Origin: Dehalococcoidia bacterium
Lineage (GTDB): Bacteria > Chloroflexota > Dehalococcoidia > Plut-88900
Assembly (NCBI GenBank): GCA_965197585.1
Contig: OZ240215.1
Coordinates: 64,001-128,000, forward strand
Direction: 5' to 3'
DNA length: 64,000 nucleotides
Shown here: in pieces, positions 50,712 through 59,962 of the stretch
Numbering within the stretch: position 1 is the stretch's first letter
How the letters are laid out: each line of letters starts with the position of its first letter
The notes under the pieces: generated by a model
Seen by the model: the letters and a program-made list of their open reading frames with translations, nothing else
Told to the model about the DNA's origin: nothing
Databases searched by the model: none
Position numbers and translations under genes: made by a program

Positions 50712-51111
50712 CAGGCGATGGAAGGTCCCACAGACTTGTTCGGCAGGCCCCGTCCAACGACGCCCCTGCCGATTCAACGCTTACCGTCATTGGAAGCCGT
50801 TTACCCCGGCCCATTGCGTGCCGGTTTCCCCGGCAGGTCAACCGACCCCCGGTTTAGCAAGGCCCTCGTGCCTTGTTTGTCCCGCCGTCCCTGCCACCCG
50901 TCTACCCGGCGGATGGACCGGGACGCCGGTTATGAAAGTCCGCCTCAGGCGGCATCTTCCCCGTCAGCGGTCCGGTCAAGTGCCGCTGACGGTGGGATCG
51001 GCCCCACACAACCCTGACCGCAGCCGACAACATGTGGGGATAATCCAGCCCGGCGCCGACGGCACGGCAACCCCCGGCCTGGTTTCTAGTCACCGGACCC
51101 TCCATCGCCTG
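50712..51111. ncRNA. Candidate large structured non-coding RNA, family unassigned
   Basis: 17-bp closing stem (50712-50728 / 51095-51111) enclosing about nine hairpins and a 6-bp loop-loop complementarity; no credible ORF. Confidence 0.5.
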
Positions 51112-51281
51112 CCCCTCCAAAACACACATAAACCCACAAACCCCACCCACAATCGAAGATGGAACATCCGCCTCTGGAGGATCCGCCTCAGGAGGACTCA
51201 ATGTCCCCGGACGCTGGCAGACATGCCCCCCCGCTTGCGTGATACACTTCTCGTGACCCAGTCCCCCACCCCGAGGCCCTG

Positions 51282-52136
51282 ATGGAAGACTCGCAACCCG
51301 GCGCACCCAAAAGCGCTTTCGCCCAACTGATGGCCCCTCCTCACCGGGACATCGATCTGTCTCGTGCGGCCCTCCTGATTGCCCAGGGGGAATACCCTGA
51401 CCTGGACATACCCTACTATCTGCATATTCTGGAGCGCCTCGGGCGGAGAGTTCGGTCCCGCTCCAAGGATGCATCGCCCAAGGCCGCCATTGAAGCCCTA
51501 AACCGCGTATTGTTTGAAGAGGAGGACTTCCGGGGCAACGAGGAAGAGTACTACGACCCCCGCAACAGCTATCTCAACGAAGTGATCGATAGGCGAATCG
51601 GCATCCCCATCACCCTCTCGGTCGTATATATCGAGGTCGCCCGGCACGCGGGCATCGAGATAAAAGGGGTCGGGTTTCCGGGCCACTTCATCGTCAAGCA
51701 CGAAAGTGAGGACGGCCCGATCTACATCGACCCCTTCTATAAGGGCCTGATACTCGATACGGAACACCTTGCCCAGAGGCTCCGCCTCACGGGTGGCGGA
51801 TTCATGCCCTTCCGGGAGCATCACTTGGCCGCATGTACAGAGGCCCAGCTCGTCACCCGGATGCTGAACAACCTCAAGGGCATACACGCCTCCCGACGCG
51901 ACTACGGAAAAGCCCTCACGGTCATCGAAATGATGATCGATGTATCGCCCTGGGACCTCGACGAGGTTAGAGACCGGGGCAAAGTGCGTCTCCAGCTGAA
52001 GGACTATTCCATGGCCCTAGTAGACCTGGAGACTTACCTCAACTTCCGCCCAGATGCCGAAGACGCCGAGGTCATAGGAAGAAGCGTGCAATATCTAAAG
52101 GGCCTGGCTCCCAGGGGCCCCGCCAAGGAGTTTTGA
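51282..52136 (+). CDS. SirB1/YchA-like transglutaminase-core plus TPR protein
   Basis: FRGN...YYDPRNSYLNEV, GIPITLS, GFPGHF, IDPF, RMLNNLK, RDRG. Confidence 0.9.
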   Translation: MEDSQPGAPKSAFAQLMAPPHRDIDLSRAALLIAQGEYPDLDIPYYLHILERLGRRVRSRSKDASPKAAIEALNRVLFEEEDFRGNEEEYYDPRNSYLNEVIDRRIGIPITLSVVYIEVARHAGIEIKGVGFPGHFIVKHESEDGPIYIDPFYKGLILDTEHLAQRLRLTGGGFMPFREHHLAACTEAQLVTRMLNNLKGIHASRRDYGKALTVIEMMIDVSPWDLDEVRDRGKVRLQLKDYSMALVDLETYLNFRPDAEDAEVIGRSVQYLKGLAPRGPAKEF

Positions 52137-53098
52137 GCGTGACCCTGATCATCCGCGAAGAAGAGGTAATGCAACTCCTGACAATGGAGGAGACCCTTGA
52201 CGCGGTCGAAGGCGCGTTTCGCAGTCAGGGTGAAGGGACGTCCTTAAATCGTGCCCGACGCCGCTTCCACGTTCCCGGCAGGGGCAGCATGCAACTCATG
52301 TCCGGCGTCTGCTACTACCGCAAGGCTATGGGCCTGAAGGTGTATACCTCCTACCGCACCGGCACCCGATTCATGGTCCTCCTCTTCAGCGCCGAGACCG
52401 GAGACCTTCTCGCCATCGTCCAGGCCGACCATCTTGGCAGGATGCGCACGGGAGCGGCTTCCGGTGTCGGCGCCAAATATCTCGCAAAAGAAGGGGCGAA
52501 GGTTGTGGGGATGATCGGCTCCGGGGGCCAGGCCGTAACGCAGCTTGAGGCTGTATGCGCGGTTCGAAATATTGAGACCGCCAAGGTCTACAGCCGCCGC
52601 CCCGAACCCCTCGCCGCGTTCTGTGACAGCATGTCCCAAAAGCTCGGCATCGACGTATCCCCCGCCCCCACCCCCGAGGACGCTATCACCGGAGCGGATG
52701 TGGTAGTGACGATCACCAACGCCCGTGACCCGGTGGTCAAGGGAGAATGGATCGCCGAAGGTGCCCACATCAACGCTGCGGGCAGCAACTCACTGATACG
52801 CAAGGAGATTGACGGTGAAGCCGTCCGTAAATGTGGCCTCATCACCGTCGACTCCCGGGAGCAGGCCCAACTCGAATGCGGCGACCTCCTCGTTCCCGCC
52901 GAGCGCGGCGTGGTTAAATGGGAGACCCTGACAGAACTCGGCGACGTGGTGTCGGGCAAAGCGCCAGGCAGAACATCGGACTCACAAATCACCCTCTTCG
53001 AGTCCCAGGGCCTCGCAATCCAGGACATTGCAACAGCCATGAGAATCTACGAATTGGCCCGCAAGCAAAACCTAGGCCAGGAAATCGACATTTTCTAA
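52133..53098 (+). CDS. Ornithine cyclodeaminase/mu-crystallin family protein
   Basis: GLK, RMRTGAASG, IGSGGQA, HINAAGS, FESQGLAIQD. Confidence 0.92.
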   Translation: MSVTLIIREEEVMQLLTMEETLDAVEGAFRSQGEGTSLNRARRRFHVPGRGSMQLMSGVCYYRKAMGLKVYTSYRTGTRFMVLLFSAETGDLLAIVQADHLGRMRTGAASGVGAKYLAKEGAKVVGMIGSGGQAVTQLEAVCAVRNIETAKVYSRRPEPLAAFCDSMSQKLGIDVSPAPTPEDAITGADVVVTITNARDPVVKGEWIAEGAHINAAGSNSLIRKEIDGEAVRKCGLITVDSREQAQLECGDLLVPAERGVVKWETLTELGDVVSGKAPGRTSDSQITLFESQGLAIQDIATAMRIYELARKQNLGQEIDIF

Positions 53099-53126
53099 AG
53101 AACAGTCCCCTCCCATATCCCTTGAC

Positions 53127-53259
53127 GTGACCTTTGCATAACCCATGTCGGAGGGGCCGGGGCCGCTCGTGCTGAGCCCCGTCGAAGTATGAGCGGTGGG
53201 AGGGGAATGGCGATTAGAATAGCAAAGAATGGCTTGCCTTGCGGTTACACAAAGGTCTC
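53127..53259. mobile_element. 133-bp MITE inserted in the loop of a BoxC-like repeat
   Basis: TIRs GTGACCTTTGCATAACC / GGTTACACAAAGGTCTC; TTGAC duplicated on both flanks. Confidence 0.7.
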
Positions 53260-53366
53260 TTGACGGGAGGGGGCTAGGGTCGGAGACTCGCTGAGGAGAG
53301 TGAGGGTGTTGTCCCGAAATACTGCAAGATTAGTTGTGTAAGACTCAGGATCAATAGGAGGAAATC

Positions 53367-54284
53367 ATGGAATACCAAGTCTGGCTAAACGGCGAGTTCA
53401 TGCCTAGAAGCGAGGCCAAGCTCGGCCTGACCGACAGGGGCCTGAGGCTCGGTGACGTGGTCTTCGATACCTCTCGCACCTTCAATGGCAAGGTCTTTCG
53501 CCTCGAAGACCACATCGACCGCCTCTACCGCTCCCTCACCTACGTCCGCATCGACCCCGGCATGACCAAGGATGAGATGATCGACATCACCCTCGACGTC
53601 GTTCAGCGCAACGAGTCCATCCGCGAGACCGGGGACGACTACATGGTCACCCAGTTCATCACCCGCGGCGAGGGCGGACGCTCTGCCTTGGCTCTGAAGC
53701 CCAACATTGCCATCTGGATAGATCCGTTGGACCACGCCCGAATGGCGCCCCACTACAGCGACGGTGCCCACGTAGTCATTCCCAAGATCAGGAGCTATCC
53801 CTCAGACGCCCTTGACCCGAAGATCAAGCACTACAGCCGGCTCAACTTCGTACTTGCTGAATTGGAGGCCACGGACATCGATCCCGAGGCCTTCCCCGTC
53901 CTCACTGATGCCCGTGGCAACCTCACCGAAAGCATAGGCTCTAACTTCTTCATCGTCACCGACGGCAAGATAAGGACCGCCGGGGACTCGGCCATACTCC
54001 AGGGCGTCACCCGGAAGGTCATCGGCGAGTTGGCGGAGCAGTTGGGCATCCCCTTCATCGAAGAGGAAATCCAGCCCTACGACGCCTACACCGCCGACGA
54101 GGCATTCCTCGCCACCACTCCCTACTGCGTCGTGCCTGTAGGAAGAGTCGACACCCGCACCGTCGGCCAAGAGGTTCCGGGCCCTATCACCCAGCAACTA
54201 ATGGCTGCCTTCTCAGAGCTGGCCGGGTTCGATATCGTCGAGCAGTCCATCAACCGGGCTCGCGCCGTAACTGCTGCCCGTTGA
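53367..54284 (+). CDS. Class IV PLP aminotransferase (IlvE/Dat family)
   Basis: LEDHIDRL, KIKHYSRL, ESIGSNFF, ILQGVTR, ADEAF; AGGAGG RBS. Confidence 0.92.
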   Translation: MEYQVWLNGEFMPRSEAKLGLTDRGLRLGDVVFDTSRTFNGKVFRLEDHIDRLYRSLTYVRIDPGMTKDEMIDITLDVVQRNESIRETGDDYMVTQFITRGEGGRSALALKPNIAIWIDPLDHARMAPHYSDGAHVVIPKIRSYPSDALDPKIKHYSRLNFVLAELEATDIDPEAFPVLTDARGNLTESIGSNFFIVTDGKIRTAGDSAILQGVTRKVIGELAEQLGIPFIEEEIQPYDAYTADEAFLATTPYCVVPVGRVDTRTVGQEVPGPITQQLMAAFSELAGFDIVEQSINRARAVTAAR

Positions 54285-54650
54285 CTCCGCCATTCCTGTC
54301 GAAGGTCCGCCCCTGGCGGGAGGTCCTCAAAGTATGAACGATGGGCGTCTTGTCCCCTTTCCCCGTCAAGGGAGAAGACTGGAGCCAGCCCTGTGCAGAC
54401 TAAAGGTGTGCGGTAGGGCTCTGGATCCCTTGTCCCATTCAAATAACCCCGTATGACCGTCTTTCCTGCGGAGGCAGGCCGAAGGTGCGCCATAGCGTGA
54501 ATCCAGGGGTAATGCGAGGTAGGGGTACTCCCTGTAGGGTTAAATCTCGGTGGCTCCTCTGGGTGGGGTCGCTCGTGCTGAGGCTCTCGAAGTATGAGCG
54601 AGGGGCGGCCCACGGCGGAGCAAACGGCAGGATGGTCCCAGGCTGGACTC

Positions 54651-55859
54651 CTACGCGCGAGTCCTCACCTTGGCCCCGAACAACCCCGGGTCCAGGTCCG
54701 AGTCCCACGTCGCCTCGAGCAGCGTCAGCGCGCCCAGCCTCCCGATCTCGTCCCCCGACTTTGCCGCAAGTCCGTTGCCGCCTGTTGCCACGCCTATGCG
54801 CTCGTCCACCATATCTATGTAGGGCAATTCCGTAGGCGTCTTGCTCACGGCGCACGTGCCCAGGGTCACGCGTTCGTCCGGGAGAGCTTGCAGGTAGGGA
54901 ATCGTGGCCCGGATCTTGGCCCATAGGCGGGCTCGCTCCGCCGGGGTGCCCGACCCCCTGAACCACGCCTTGATCGCCTCCATGCTCCCCAGGCTCCCGT
55001 GCCCTTCTGACCCCCCGATCTTCATCCGGTACTTACCGTCCCTGTACTGCACGGGTGGGACGATGTAGCTGCTATCGTTGGGTCGGCCGGTCATGTAGAT
55101 CATGCTGGGCAGGTCCGACAGGTCTCCCGCCTCCGACTCCGTAAGCTCGATGTAGACCACGTTGACTGCCAGCACGTCTACGTCCAGCGTCCGTGGCACC
55201 AGCCCCGAGTCCCTCGTGAATCCCCCCGCTGCCACCAAAACCCTGTCCGACCGGTATACCCCGCCCCCCGACGTCCTCACCTCAACCCCGCCCGCCCCAC
55301 TCTCCGCCGAGACCGCCTCCTCGCTGATAACGTCGGCGCCGTGCCCCTTGGCCAGGGCCGTCTCCGCCTCCACGATGCCGCGGGCACTTATGTGTCCGGC
55401 ATCGGATGACTGGTACAACCCCGAGCATTGTGACTCGAAACAGAGCTTCGGAAACCGTGACTCTAGGGTCTCCGGCCCCAGTTTCTCAAACCCTTCGTTA
55501 AGGTCGAGCATTACCTGCTCGGAATTGGGCACGTATTCGGAGACTGCCCGGTCAAGCGGCCCCACGGACATCTGCCCGACCTCGTGGTAGAACGGTATGC
55601 CAGATCGAGATTCCATGTCTCGATACCGCCTGATCGACTCCCGGGCCAGCTTTGCCCAAACAAGATGCGGATCTAGAATCCGTGTTATCCGACCCTCGTC
55701 GTAGTGGTCCCCGAACACACCGTCGTGACTTGACGGGTCCCGAGGCTCGTCGGGGCCTATCAGCGCCACCCCTTCCGTCCGCTCCGCCAGGTGCCGCGCC
55801 GCCGCCGACCCGATCATCCCTTTTCCTATGACTATGTATTTGTAGCTAGCGTCTGCCAT
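54651..55859 (-). CDS. FAD-dependent oxidoreductase (monomeric sarcosine oxidase/DAO-like)
   Basis: VIGKGMIGSAAA, RITR, VAAGG, GGNG.AAK. Confidence 0.88.
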   Translation of the reverse strand: MADASYKYIVIGKGMIGSAAARHLAERTEGVALIGPDEPRDPSSHDGVFGDHYDEGRITRILDPHLVWAKLARESIRRYRDMESRSGIPFYHEVGQMSVGPLDRAVSEYVPNSEQVMLDLNEGFEKLGPETLESRFPKLCFESQCSGLYQSSDAGHISARGIVEAETALAKGHGADVISEEAVSAESGAGGVEVRTSGGGVYRSDRVLVAAGGFTRDSGLVPRTLDVDVLAVNVVYIELTESEAGDLSDLPSMIYMTGRPNDSSYIVPPVQYRDGKYRMKIGGSEGHGSLGSMEAIKAWFRGSGTPAERARLWAKIRATIPYLQALPDERVTLGTCAVSKTPTELPYIDMVDERIGVATGGNGLAAKSGDEIGRLGALTLLEATWDSDLDPGLFGAKVRTRA

Positions 55860-56510
55860 TCAACCCAATGCCTCGAATACCCATATCTGAAAATCTACGT
55901 CAGGCTCCCGCAAAGGGATGGCCGCAAAAGGCTCAGTCACCTCCACAAACCGCCATCGTCCCGCCTGCTCTAACTCGGCATGCTTCTGCGGGAAGTCCGA
56001 GCCCCGGTAGTAGTCGGGCCGCAGGGTGTACATTAAATGGCCCCCGGGCCTCGTGACCCGGACCAGTTCGTCCAGGGAGTCGGCTGAGGCGTGGCTAATG
56101 GTCAATGCGCCCACACTGACTACGGCGTCGAACGCCCCATCTTCGAAGGCCAGCGGAGCCCCTAGCTTCATCTTGTAAAGGCCGCTGTAAGCAGACTTGC
56201 CCTTCGCCACTTCCAGCATCCCCGACGACAGGTCTATCCCAACGATGTTCTGAAATCCCGCCCGGCGAAGCGCTGAACCCGTAAGTCCGGTCCCCGCGCC
56301 CGCATCCAGGAGCAGAGAATCACGGGTTGCATAGCGGCTGCAGACATCGGCCATGTGGCCCGGGGCCGGCCATCCGTAATCCCCCGTGATGTCGTTATCG
56401 TAGTCCTCTGCCCACGCGTCGTACTTCCGCCCCACCTCCCCGATGTCCCGAGACGCGTACACGTCATACAGACGCATGTTGGGCTCGTTGCCGCCGCCCT
56501 CGCTACTCAA
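55860..56510 (-). CDS. Class I SAM-dependent methyltransferase
   Basis: YDAWAEDYD, LLDAGAGTG, GIDLS..ML, RVTRPGG; start uncertain (56510 TTG or 56477 ATG). Confidence 0.88.
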   Translation of the reverse strand: MSSEGGGNEPNMRLYDVYASRDIGEVGRKYDAWAEDYDNDITGDYGWPAPGHMADVCSRYATRDSLLLDAGAGTGLTGSALRRAGFQNIVGIDLSSGMLEVAKGKSAYSGLYKMKLGAPLAFEDGAFDAVVSVGALTISHASADSLDELVRVTRPGGHLMYTLRPDYYRGSDFPQKHAELEQAGRWRFVEVTEPFAAIPLREPDVDFQIWVFEALG

Positions 56511-56524
56511 AACGCCACCCGACC

Positions 56525-57727
56525 CTAAATGACCTGCTTGTCCTTCAGGCCGATTACCTCGTCCCACGAGTAGTCCAGTAGCTCCGTCAGCAGCTCCTCG
56601 GTGTGCTGTCCCAGCTCCGGAGCGCCACTCCTCACTTTGCCGGGAGTCTCGCTGAATTGAATGGGCAGACCCAGCATTTTCACCTTGCCGGCGTTCGGGT
56701 GGTCTATCTCCACGACGTATTCATTGGCGATTGCCTGTTCGTCCGAAAGGGCCTCCATGTAGTCCTGTACCGGGGCCCAGAGGACGTCGGTGGCGTCCAG
56801 GATTTCCCGCCACTCTTCCCGGGTCTTCTTGGCGAAGGTCTCTTCCAGTATGCCTATTAACGTATCGCTGTGGGCAAAGACCCTGTCCTGCCCCGATATA
56901 AACCGCGGGTCCTCCATCATCCATTCCAGGTCCAGGGCCCGACACGTGGCTTCCCAGTCCCGCTCCATGTCCAGCACGGAGAGGCACAGCCATTTTTCAT
57001 CCTTCGTCTTGTAGACGTTCCAGAATGGGCTCAGCGCCCGACGTCTGTATTCCCCGGGCACATTCCCTGAGAATAGCGTTCCCTGGGCCATCAATGCCCC
57101 CACTGCCAGCTGCGTCCCGAACAACGACTCCTCTACCTTCTGCCCGATGCCCGTTCGTTCCCGGGTAAGCAGACCCATAGTAGTGCCCAGGCACAGCATG
57201 AATGCCCCGGTCTGGTCTGCCATCCCGCCCCATACCTGCATCGGCGCCGAGGTCTGGATCTGGCTCATGATTCCGCCCCGGGCCTGCGCCGCCAGGTCCG
57301 CCGACGGCCTCGCCGAGTCCGGTCCCTTTGGCCCGAATCCGTACCCCGCCGAGTACACCAGCTTCGGATTGATCGCATGCACCGACTCGTAATCGAATCC
57401 CAACCTCTTTAGAGAGGGCTCTCGGAAGTTGGACACGAATGCATCGGCCTTCTTGATCAGCCGGATCATCACCTCTTTGCCTTCGGGGGTCTTCAGGTCG
57501 ATGGCCAGGCTCTTTTTATTCCGGTTGTTGTTCTCGAAGTAGTAATTCAGATCAGCCCCCGAGTTTTTCCCGAAATTCCAGGTCGACAGATACCGCCCCG
57601 GGTCCCCCGACACCCGCTCCTCCACCTTTATAACCTCGGCACCCATGTCCGCCAGCATCGCCGTGGACACCGGCCCGTGCTGCCATATGGTCATGTCGAT
57701 TATTAGTAGGCCTTCTAATGCCATCAT
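56525..57727 (-). CDS. CoA-transferase family III (CaiB/BaiF)
   Basis: GP....LADMGAEVIKVE, NRNKKS..IDLK, SNFR, APELGQHT. Confidence 0.93.
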   Translation of the reverse strand: MMALEGLLIIDMTIWQHGPVSTAMLADMGAEVIKVEERVSGDPGRYLSTWNFGKNSGADLNYYFENNNRNKKSLAIDLKTPEGKEVMIRLIKKADAFVSNFREPSLKRLGFDYESVHAINPKLVYSAGYGFGPKGPDSARPSADLAAQARGGIMSQIQTSAPMQVWGGMADQTGAFMLCLGTTMGLLTRERTGIGQKVEESLFGTQLAVGALMAQGTLFSGNVPGEYRRRALSPFWNVYKTKDEKWLCLSVLDMERDWEATCRALDLEWMMEDPRFISGQDRVFAHSDTLIGILEETFAKKTREEWREILDATDVLWAPVQDYMEALSDEQAIANEYVVEIDHPNAGKVKMLGLPIQFSETPGKVRSGAPELGQHTEELLTELLDYSWDEVIGLKDKQVI

Positions 57728-57796
57728 GGGCCGTTTACCTCCTGAAAAAGCCGCAGTACAGGAACGCGGCTAACATAGGCTTGCACTTATAGGTTG

Positions 57797-58438
57797 TCAA
57801 GCAGACTCGATCCTACTGAACTCCGCCTCCCTCCCCAACGCCCTTTCGTACTCCTCCGGCGTGTTCATGTCCAGGTAGATGAGCGATGACGACACCTCCA
57901 CGTTCCCCACCCGACCCCCATCCTGCCTCACTACCTGCTTTAGCCCTAACCCTTCCTCCGTGATCGCCAGCATCTCGTCCCTTAAGCTGCCGTCAAAGAC
58001 CGTCGGGTGACCCCTGCACCCCTTGTGGACGGGTATAGTGATCTGTGATCCTCCGAGAAGGTGCACGTTAACTACCTCATCAATTAACCACGAGGGACGA
58101 GGCTGGTCCACGTTCAGTAACAGTAGCGCCTTGGAGTTGATCGCGGCTTCCCTCACCCCAGCCATCACCGACGATGCCCGCCCCTGCTGATAGTCATGGT
58201 TCTCCACAACCTTCACGCCCTTCCTCTCCACCACCCGCGCCCTGATAGCCTCCGCCTCATGCCCGACAACCAGTATCACCCCGGACACTCGGCTCGCCGC
58301 CATCTGCTCCAGCTGATATTCGACTAACGTCGTCCCCATCCAAGGGAGCAGCGCCTTGGGCTGACCCATTCGCGTGGAAAGCCCCGCGGCAAGCAATATC
58401 GCTGAGACACCGGTGCCAGTTGGTGAGTTTGTGGACAT
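57797..58438 (-). CDS. MocA-like molybdenum cofactor nucleotidyltransferase
   Basis: LLAAGLSTRMGQPKALL, DQP, GHP, DMNTPEEY; next to XdhC. Confidence 0.88.
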   Translation of the reverse strand: MSTNSPTGTGVSAILLAAGLSTRMGQPKALLPWMGTTLVEYQLEQMAASRVSGVILVVGHEAEAIRARVVERKGVKVVENHDYQQGRASSVMAGVREAAINSKALLLLNVDQPRPSWLIDEVVNVHLLGGSQITIPVHKGCRGHPTVFDGSLRDEMLAITEEGLGLKQVVRQDGGRVGNVEVSSSLIYLDMNTPEEYERALGREAEFSRIESA

Positions 58439-58475
58439 TAGCCCGTGCCTAGAGACTTGTCCCCTCTCCCTTGAT

Positions 58476-58608
58476 GAGACCTTTGCATAACCAGTGTTGG
58501 AGGGGCGTGGGGCCGCTCGTGCTGAGGCTCTCGAAGTATGAGCGGGGGGCGGAGGTTAAGTGATCTGGATGGTACAAGGGGAATCACCTCTAGTCATGCA
58601 AGGGTCTC
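58476..58608. mobile_element. 133-bp MITE, second copy, in a BoxC-like repeat
   Basis: GAGACCTTTGCATAACC ... AGTCATGCAAGGGTCTC; same length and similar 5' half as 53127-53259. Confidence 0.7.
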
Positions 58609-58752
58609 TCGACAGGTTGCGGATATGCCTCTGACGTTAGAGGGCTAGGGCCTGCCCTCAGATTGTCGAAGAGGTGAGGGTGAAGTTAATCCTGCACGGT
58701 CAGCTACGAAAGAGTCGCGTAAGGCTTGACCTACGCGGCCCCGGCAAGCGGT

Positions 58753-59874
58753 CTAAGCCGGGACTCCGGCCTTCTCCCGCGCCTTGAGCACCAGCTTCTC
58801 CTCCATCTTCATCGAAGAGCCGTCCCCGCCGTGCCTCACCATCTCGATCTCCGCCATGACGCTCAGGGCTATCGACTCCGGCGTCCGCCCCCCGAGGTTC
58901 AGGCCCACGGGAGTTCGGATTTCGCTCACCCTCTCCAGCGGCACGCCGGATGAGAGCAAAGTCGGGAAAATCAGGAGCGCCTTTCGCCTGCTGCCCAGCA
59001 GCCCGATGAACTTGGCCTGAGACCTAGCCGCCTCCAGCAGGGCCATGTCGTCGTACTTGTGCCCCCGAGTCGCCACGACCACGAAGGAGTTGGCCGTTAT
59101 GCCGATGCGTCGAATCCCGGCGTCATAGTCGTCTACGACGAGGGCGTCGGCGTCCGGGAACCGTTCGGGATTGGCGAACTCTTGCCGGTCGTCGACTACT
59201 CGGGTCCGATACCCGAGGAACGTCGCCAGTTTGTAGATGGAGTTGGAGACGTGACCACCCCCGACCAGCACTACGGTGGCAGGGCTGGTGAAAGCTTCCA
59301 CGTATATCTCCGTCCCGTCCTTCGACGAGATGAAGTCCTGCCGGCCGAAGTCCATGGCCTTGTGGCCGACTTCCGACGCTGCATCGTCCAGCGAGGTGTC
59401 TCCCAGGGACCCTACCCTGGCCCCGTCCTCCCGGATGAGCAGCTTCGTCCCCACCGGCCCCGAGAGCGCGCCCTTCTGCGTGACGGTCGCCAGTGCGACC
59501 CCACCCTCGCCCCGATACGCTGCGTTTATCTCACGCGTGTAGGTGTCGAACAAAGGGTTCTTCTGGGGCTGGTCGATCATGATGTACATGGTGCCGCCGC
59601 AGACTAGGCCGTCCTGTGCCGCGAGGTCATCGTTCAGCGTGAAACCCTGAACATCTGCGGGGGTGTTCTCGACAATGGCCAACTTGGATGCGGTGTATGC
59701 GTCCGCCTCTATGCAGCCGCCCCCGAGGGTCCCCGCGAAGGACCCGTCCTCCCGCACCAGCATCTTGGCCCCGGGCTTCTGGGGCGTGGACCCCTTGGTT
59801 CTGACTACCGTGGCCAGCGCAAAGGGCTTGCTCTTCTTAATCAGGCCGCCGACTTCCTCGAATATCTCTCGCAT
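58753..59874 (-). CDS. XdhC/CoxI-family molybdo-hydroxylase maturation factor
   Basis: GSTPQKPGAKM, GTLGGGCIE, GLVCGG, GGGHV, TRGH..D, GSRRK, PVGL.LGG.TP. Confidence 0.92.
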   Translation of the reverse strand: MREIFEEVGGLIKKSKPFALATVVRTKGSTPQKPGAKMLVREDGSFAGTLGGGCIEADAYTASKLAIVENTPADVQGFTLNDDLAAQDGLVCGGTMYIMIDQPQKNPLFDTYTREINAAYRGEGGVALATVTQKGALSGPVGTKLLIREDGARVGSLGDTSLDDAASEVGHKAMDFGRQDFISSKDGTEIYVEAFTSPATVVLVGGGHVSNSIYKLATFLGYRTRVVDDRQEFANPERFPDADALVVDDYDAGIRRIGITANSFVVVATRGHKYDDMALLEAARSQAKFIGLLGSRRKALLIFPTLLSSGVPLERVSEIRTPVGLNLGGRTPESIALSVMAEIEMVRHGGDGSSMKMEEKLVLKAREKAGVPA

Positions 59875-59962
59875 GATAGTGCTCCCTGCCGGCTTCGGCT
59901 GCTTCTCGTGACTAGCCGATTATACATCGAAAGCCCGTGGCTTTACGAGAATCTACCTCCCG

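Noticed and set aside
50930-50950. GAAAGTCCG resembling RNase P conserved region I
   Set aside because: Lacks the GAG prefix and the complementary 3' conserved region for helix P4
50712-51111. Retron msr-msd suggested by terminal inverted repeats
   Set aside because: No reverse transcriptase gene anywhere in the window
50231-51474. Short ORFs spanning the intergenic structured region
   Set aside because: Pro/Arg/Gly-biased translations with no motifs or RBS; typical GC-rich artefacts
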